NCBI RefSeq assembly: GCF_009914755.1
Contig: NC_060940.1
Origin: the human T2T-CHM13v2.0 reference genome, Homo sapiens
Length of the DNA: 64,000 nt
Reading direction: 5' to 3' (one strand)
Numbering within the stretch: the stretch's first letter is position 1; each line of letters begins with the position of its first letter. The notes below the pieces were generated by a model that was not told where the DNA came from, ran no database searches, and saw only the letters and a list, made by a program, of their open reading frames with translations. A program made the position numbers and the translations under genes. Below, piece after piece: positions 55,518 to 64,000 of the stretch.

Positions 55518-56289
55518 TGACCTAGATACACTTTTTATGCTGTTTGTAGAATCAGCCTGCCCTGGGATCCTTTGTTAGAAATTGACCAGCCTTATGTTAA
55601 GGGTAGTCCGAGCCTGCTGTGAAGATGCTGGTGGGGGTATGTAGCTGTCAATGGTTATGACTTGCCAAACCTCCTTTTCACTGGGAAATCCTCATACCAC
55701 ATTAATAATGAAAAGGTCAAGCACGGTGGCCCAAAACTCTAATCTCAGCACTTTGGGAGGCCGAGGCAGGAGGATTACTTGAGCTCAGGAGTTTGAGACC
55801 AGCCTGGGCAACATAGTGAGACCCCATCTCTACAAAAAATTTAAAAAAAATTCATCAGGTATGGTGGTGCATACCTATAGTTCCAGCTACTCGGGAGGCT
55901 GAGGCAGGAGAATCATTTGAGTCCAGGAGGTCAAGCTGCAAGAGAGCTGTGATCGCACCACTGCACTCCAGCTTGGGCGACAGAGCGACACCCTGTCTCA
56001 AAATAAAAATAATGTTGAAAACAGAAAGCTCAGTATCCCAGGACTGTGTCCAGTGAGGCATGGAACTTCCATAACAATAACGCTTGAAACATAGATGACT
56101 TCTCAATAGGTTTTTTGTTTGTTTGTTTGTTTGTATGTTTGTTTGTTTTTGAGAGGTCGTTTCACTCTTGTCACCCAGGCTGGAGTGCAGTGGTGTGATC
56201 TCAGCTCACTGCAAACTCTGCCTCCCTGGTTCAAGCCTCAGCCTCCCAAGTAGCTGGGACTACAGGCGCATGCCACTACGTCTGGCTAA

Positions 56290-56430
<141 letters not shown>

Positions 56431-56657
56431 TAGGGTTTTATGAGTGCCAGAGAAGCCCACTAAGCCCCTTAAATATCAGGAAACCCCATGGGAATGTGTC
56501 TGGTTATCACTCCTTGGTCCCAGCTCAGGAATGAGTTATACCTCCTATGGCTCACATGAGGTACCCAAATGGAAGGTAGAGTTCAGCCTAGGTCGGGGTT
56601 TGAGCTGTGTTCCATCTTCTTGTACTACTTGTCTAAACCGAGGGGAAGGATGTGTGA

Positions 56658-57038
<381 letters not shown>

Positions 57039-57054
57039 TAATCCTCTATTCTAG

Positions 57055-57131
57055 CTAAAACTGAGCAAGAGGCTGACATTATATTACCCCAGTTCTCCAA
57101 GCTGACAGTCACGGACTTCTTCTAGAAGCTG
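57055..57131 (+). pseudogene. RHPN2: RHPN2 pseudo-exon 12 (77 nt) with nonsense TAG at 57123-57125
   Basis: tag|(A)KTEQEADIILPQFSKLTVTDFF*KL|gtatgt; RHPN2 has Q at the stop position. Confidence 0.95.
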
Positions 57132-57194
57132 GTATGTTGAAAGCTCTCTACATAAATGACCGAAGGGGACAGCTCTTCACTTTGGCGAGTATGG

Positions 57195-57927
<733 letters not shown>

Positions 57928-58612
57928 TAAAAGTAGTTTTTAGGTATTGTCTATTTAAAATTTTTTAAAATATTTTTTAACTTTTTTTAGAGATGTGGTC
58001 TCACTGTGTCACCTAGGCTGGATTACAGTGGCATGATCATAGCTCACTGCAGCCTGAACCTTCTGGGCTCAAGTGATCCTCCTGCGTTAGCTACCCTAGT
58101 AGATGGGACTACAGGCACACACCACCACGTCCAACTAATTTTTATTTCTTGTAGAGATGGGGTCTTGCTATGTTGCCTAGGCTGGTCTCAAACCCTGGGT
58201 TCCAACCATCCTCCTGCCTAGGCATCCCAGAGTGCTGGGATTACAGGTATGAGCCACTATGCCTGACCTGAGATTTTTTTTCCTTTTTTTTTTTTTTTTT
58301 TAAGACAGGGTCTAACTCTGTTTTCACCCAGGCTGGAGTGCAGTGGCACAATCAGTTCACTGCAGCCTCGAACTGCTGGGCTCAAGAAGTCCTCCTGCCT
58401 CAGCAGCCTGAGTAGATGGAACCATAGGCGTGCACCACCATGCCTGGCTAATTCTTTTATGTTTTTAGTAGAGAATGGTTCCCACTATGTTGCCCAGGCT
58501 GGTCTCAAACCCCTGGCCTCAAGCAATCCTTCTGCCTTGGTCACACAAAGTGCTTAGGATTACAGGCAAGACATGTCTGGTCTTAAATTGTTTATATTAG
58601 AGATTTTATTTA

Positions 58613-58795
<183 letters not shown>

Positions 58796-59147
58796 TCAGG
58801 AGAATTGCTTGAACCCAGGAGGCAGAGGCTGCAGTGAGCTGAGATTACACCACCACACTCTAGCCTGGGCGATAGAGCGAGACAATGTCTCAAAAAAAAA
58901 AAAAAAGAAAAAGATAATTAATACAATGTCTAAAAGATAATTTTATTGTAAATATATTGGGTATGTTTGAGAAGATGGCTTTCCAGGTTCTCGCATGACT
59001 GCTGTAGCATGTATGCCCCCAGATGTGTCATTTGTCCCTGAACAAGGCCAAGTGAGATCTTCAAGGACAGCAGGCAAAATTCCCTTTAGCTTTCAAGTGT
59101 CTGATCCAGCCTTCAAATCCTACACCTAATGATGCTCTCTTCCAAAG

Positions 59148-59294
59148 GGCCCCTTATCTGTGTTTTTGGCTAACAAGCAGTAGACGCCTCCTCGAAGCAT
59201 CCGCTTCACTGCAGAAGAAGGGGACTTGGGGTTCTCCTTAAGAGGGAATGCCCCCATTGAGGTTCACTTCCTGGATCCTTACTGCTCTTCCTCG
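59148..59294 (+). pseudogene. RHPN2: RHPN2 pseudo-exon 13 (147 nt, PDZ start) with nonsense TAG at 59181-59183
   Basis: aag|GPLSVFLANKQ*TPPRSIRFTAEEGDLGFSLRGNAPIEVHFLDPYCSSS|gtaagc; RHPN2 has W at the stop position. Confidence 0.95.
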
Positions 59295-59914
59295 GTAAGC
59301 ACATGCTTTTCTTGGTTGGCAGCAAACACAGATATCTGGGTGATTGAATTTAGGGCGGGTTCACCCATGTCAAAGGCCTGACTTGATGTGAAAGGCCTCA
59401 TGGGTGCTACAGTCCCTAAAAGAAAAGGATTAATTTTTACTGTCTTTTTTTTGTTTTTAGTTTTTTTTAGACGTTGGGAGGTGGAGGCTGCAGTGAGTCG
59501 TGATTGTGCAGTGGCACGATCTCAGGGCTCAGTGCAGCTTCTGCTTCCTGGGTTCTAGTGATTCTCCTGTCTCAGCTTCCTGAGTAGCTGGGATTACAGG
59601 CACGTGCCACCACACTCAGCTAATTTTAGTTTTTGTTTTTGTTTTTTGAGACACATTTTTGCTCTGTCGCCCAGGCTGGAGTGCAGTGGCGCGATCTTGG
59701 TTCACTGCAACCTCCAACTCCTGGGTTCAAGTAATTCTTCTGCCTCCGCCTGCTGAGTAGCTGGGATTACAGGTGTGTGCCACCATGCCCAGCTAATTTT
59801 TTGTGTGTTTTTAGTAGAGACGGGGTTTCACCGTGTTAGCCAGGATGGTCTTGATCTCCTGATCTTGTGATCTGCCCACCTCGGCCTCCCAAAGTGCTGG
59901 GATTACAAGTGTGA

Positions 59915-60283
<369 letters not shown>

Positions 60284-60434
60284 TGACCTCAAGTGATCTA
60301 CCCGTCTCAGCCACCCAACATGAATTTTTGCGTTCTTGATGTGAACTTATGCAAATACCTATTTTGTTAATGGGGACTGATTCAAGGATTTGAGTGAACA
60401 AAACGTTGACTTATTTTCAACAATACTTTTTCAG

Positions 60435-60590
60435 GTGGCAGGAGCCCGGGAAGGAGATTATATTGTCTCCATTCAGCTTGTGGATTGTAAGTGGCTGACG
60501 GTGAGTGAGGTTATGAAGCTGCTGAAGAGCTTTGGTGAGGACAAGATCGAGATGAAAGCCGTGAGCCTCCTGGACTCCACGTCATCCGTG
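60435..60590 (+). pseudogene. RHPN2: RHPN2 pseudo-exon 14 (156 nt, PDZ)
   Basis: cag|VAGAREGDYIVSIQLVDCKWLTVSEVMKLLKSFGEDKIEMKAVSLLDSTSSV|gtgagc. Confidence 0.95.
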
Positions 60591-60874
60591 GTGAGCACTG
60601 ACACCTGCCTGGGCAGTCAGTAGTGGTGTGGAGTGAAATCTACATGAGTTCAGCCCCAGGGGTGTTTACTAGACCCTCTGTCTCCTGCCTGTGTAACATG
60701 GTACAAATGACTGGACTCCCAGGCTTGTAATCACTGTAATGTGCTCACCTTGGGTCAAAGAGAAAATTGGCAAACTTTTTCTTTTTAAAGACAGGGTCTT
60801 GCCCTATTGCCCAGGCTGGTTTGCAGTGGTATGATCATGGCTTACTGCAGCCTCTATCTCCTCGGTTTAAGTGA

Positions 60875-61168
<294 letters not shown>

Positions 61169-62059
61169 TAGCCAGGATGGTCTCGATCTCCTGACCTCGT
61201 GATCCACCCACCTCGGCCTCCCAGAGTGCCGGGATTACAGGTGTGAGCCACCATGCCCAGCCCATTCTTTATTTTTTGTAGAGACAGGTTCTCGCTGTGT
61301 TGCCAAGACTGGTCTTGAACTCCTGGGCTCAAGCCATCCTCTGACCTTGGCCTCCCAAAGTGCTGGGATTACAGGTGTGAGCCACTGCACCCTGCTAGCA
61401 AACTTTTAAAAATATCCTGTGGATAAAATAATCAACTGATCTATTTTTCTGATCAAATTGTTTAATTACAAAAGTAATACATACTCATAGTGAAAAAAAC
61501 AAAAAACAAAAAAAAATTCTAATGGTACAGAAGAGCTTAAGACGACCTGTGAAAGTTAAGACAATCCCTCTGTATGCCCTAGAGGCAGTGTCAGCCATGT
61601 TCTGGGAGATTTGGGAAGCATTTGAGTCTCTCAAGTTCACCTGCACAGTTACCACCTTTAATTTTCCCCACGTGAGGCCGGGCACGGTGCTCATGTTTGT
61701 AATCTGAGTACTTTTGGAGGCTGAGGTGTGTGGATTGCTTGAAGTCAGGAGTTCAAGACCAGCCTGACCAACAAGGCAAACGCTGTCTCTACTGAAAATA
61801 TAAAAATTAGCTGGGCATGGTGGTGCACGCCTGTAACCCCAGCTACTCAGGAGGCTGAGGCAGGAGAATAGTTTGGGAGGTGGAGGTTGCAGTGAGTGGA
61901 GATTGCACCATTGCACTCCAGCCTGGGCAACAGAGTGAGACTCTGTCTGCAAAAAAACCCTAAAATTTTCCCCAAGTGCTAGGGTTCATGCCACACTTAA
62001 TGACGTTCTCCTCTGCACTTTGCCACACTTAATGCCGTACCCTCGACCTTCCCTCTGTA

Positions 62060-63690
62060 ACAACACTCATTTATTCATTCAACAAATATTGATTGAGGAT
62101 CAATTGGGTGCCAGACACTCTCTTAGGTGTCAGAGCTCCAGTTTACATTACACAGGTAAGGTCCCTGCCCCTCCCCACGAAGCTGGCACTAAGTCAGTAA
62201 ATAAATGGTCAGGATTTTGATAAGTGTTGTAAAGGAAAAAAGACCTGTAATGGGGTGGAATGACTGGAGAGGAGGCGAGGCTCTATCTAGGCAGGGCTGG
62301 AACAGACATGAGAGTGACCAGGAGGTTCGAGCCAGTTGCAGAGAGACAAGAAAGGCCTTCTGGGCAGGGGCACCTACAGGTACAGGGCCCCTGCAGCAGA
62401 ATAACCTTCTCCTACCAGAGAGGCAAAAGGAAGGCCTTTTGGCAAGAGCACCAGGACAAGGAAGGGAGCCATGGGAAGTGAGGTAGGAAGGAGGCCTTGG
62501 CGGCAGTGGTGGGAGCTTGGAAGCCACTGGGCATTTTCAGAAGGGGAATGGCATGGCGTGATGTTTGTTTTAGAAGGGCGTCTGCTGCCGGAGACTGGCC
62601 ATGGCAGTTGTCCAGGCTGGTGAAGTTAGTGGCTGAGGTGATGGGGTTGGCTGTAGAGTTGGAGAGACATGAGTGTCCCTGGGACATAGTTTGGAGGTAG
62701 AGCTGATGGGGGATTTGTGGATGATTTGTGTAAAGGAGACAGTGAACAGGGAGGTGAGGCCTCAGTTTTTGGCTTGATCAATCTCATGGGTAGTGGTTAT
62801 TTTTCTACCTTTAATTTCATTTTTCTCTTGTTGTTTTTTTGTTTGTTTTTTGTTTTGTTTTGTTTTGTTTTTGAGACAGGGTCTCACTCTGTTGCTTGGC
62901 TGGAATGCAGTGGTGCAATCATAGCTCACTATAGCCTTGACTTCCTGGGCTGAGGCAATCCTTTTGCCTCAGCCTCCTGAGTAGCTGGAACTACAGGTGT
63001 GTACCACTATGCCTGGCTAATTTGTTTATTTACCTATTGTAATTTTTTTTTGGTAGAGATGGGGCCTTGATATATTGCCAAGGTTGGCCTCAAACTCCTG
63101 TCCTTAAGCGATCCTTCCACCTCCGCCTCCCAGAGTGTTGGGATTACAAGCATTAGCCACCATGCCCGGCCTGGTTATTTTTCATAATGATGGGTAATGG
63201 GTGTGAGGGAGGTGAAGGAGAGAGAAATCAAGAGTCGTGTTTTGAATGTTTCAGATGCTATTAGCAGTCAGACATAAGCATAAAGGAGGAGACTGGATGT
63301 GAAGTCTTCAGTTCGAGGAAGAAATCAGAGCTAGAAATAAATACTTGAGAATCATTGCACACGGATGATATTTGAGGCTGTGAGACAAAATGCAGCTCCC
63401 TGCAAGGGGGCTAGGGCTGAGGGCTAAACATTTAGAGGTCAGTTGGAAGAGAAGCAAGTGCAAAGAAAATGCAGGAGAGTTCAGAGATGTCGGAGGAAAG
63501 GAGCTTCTCAAATTAAGAGGAGAAAGCTCTGCAGGAGAGAGTGATGGGTTGCATTGAATGCAGTTGAGAGGTGGAGAATGAGGTTGGCTTAGCTGTGCCT
63601 ATTGTATTTGGCAGCAGGATGAAAAGACACTTTGGTGGAGAGGTGGCAACAGAAGTCAGTTGAGAGAGGGCCAGAGAGCCAATGGATTTT
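62060..63690 (-). mobile_element. Degraded L2 fragments interrupted by an Alu (~62830-63172 -); L1M 3' fragment at ~63700-63890 (+)
   Basis: L2 3' end signature cattcattcaacaaatattgattgag...gtgccagacactc, plus cagagctagaaataaatacttgagaatcatt. L1 motif ggcaaatccagagacagaaagtagatggtg. Confidence 0.6.
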
Positions 63691-64000
63691 GAGTCCGTGG
63701 ATATGAAATGCTCAGCATAGGCAAATCCAGAGACAGAAAGTAGATGGTGCTGGGGCTGGGCAATGGGAGTAGGGAGGGACTGCTGAAGGGTCATAAGGTA
63801 GAAGGTTTCTTTTTGGGGGGATGGAAATATTCTGAAATTAGGTAGTAGTGATGGTCACCTAACTTTGTGAATATCCTAAAAAATCACTGATGTTTTGGCA
63901 TACTGGCTCACACCTGTAATTCCAGCACTTTGAGAGGCTGAGGCTGTATGTTCGCTTGAGCCCAGGAGTTCGAGACCAGCCTGGGCAACATGGCGAGACC

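Overview
This is human-type (primate), very Alu-rich genomic DNA from a mosaic segmental duplication, not a functional gene locus. It has three fused pieces. (1) ~1-20180 is a copy of the 22q12.1 TTC28/CHEK2 interval on the minus strand: a disabled TTC28 exon 1 with its CpG-island promoter, plus CHEK2 exons 11-15 with frameshifts. (2) ~20182-20451 is a short interstitial TAR1 subtelomeric repeat fragment (five ~46-bp units and one TERRA-promoter 29-mer) at the duplicon junction. (3) ~20452-64000 is a 5'-truncated, unprocessed RHPN2 (rhophilin-2, 19q13.11) pseudogene on the plus strand, with exons 3 and 5-14, exon 4 missing, and two nonsense codons. The arrangement matches what I recall of the CHEK2P2/RHPN2P1 block at pericentromeric 15q11 or a paralogous copy (e.g. 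16p11); the exact copy cannot be fixed without alignment. No intact protein-coding gene is present. The most interesting feature is that the TAR1/TERRA-promoter fragment points into the decapitated CHEK2 exons, where telomere repeats would normally lie, and has a usable splice donor, so it may be a captured promoter. Gene and repeat identities come from my recall of reference sequences; no database search was run.
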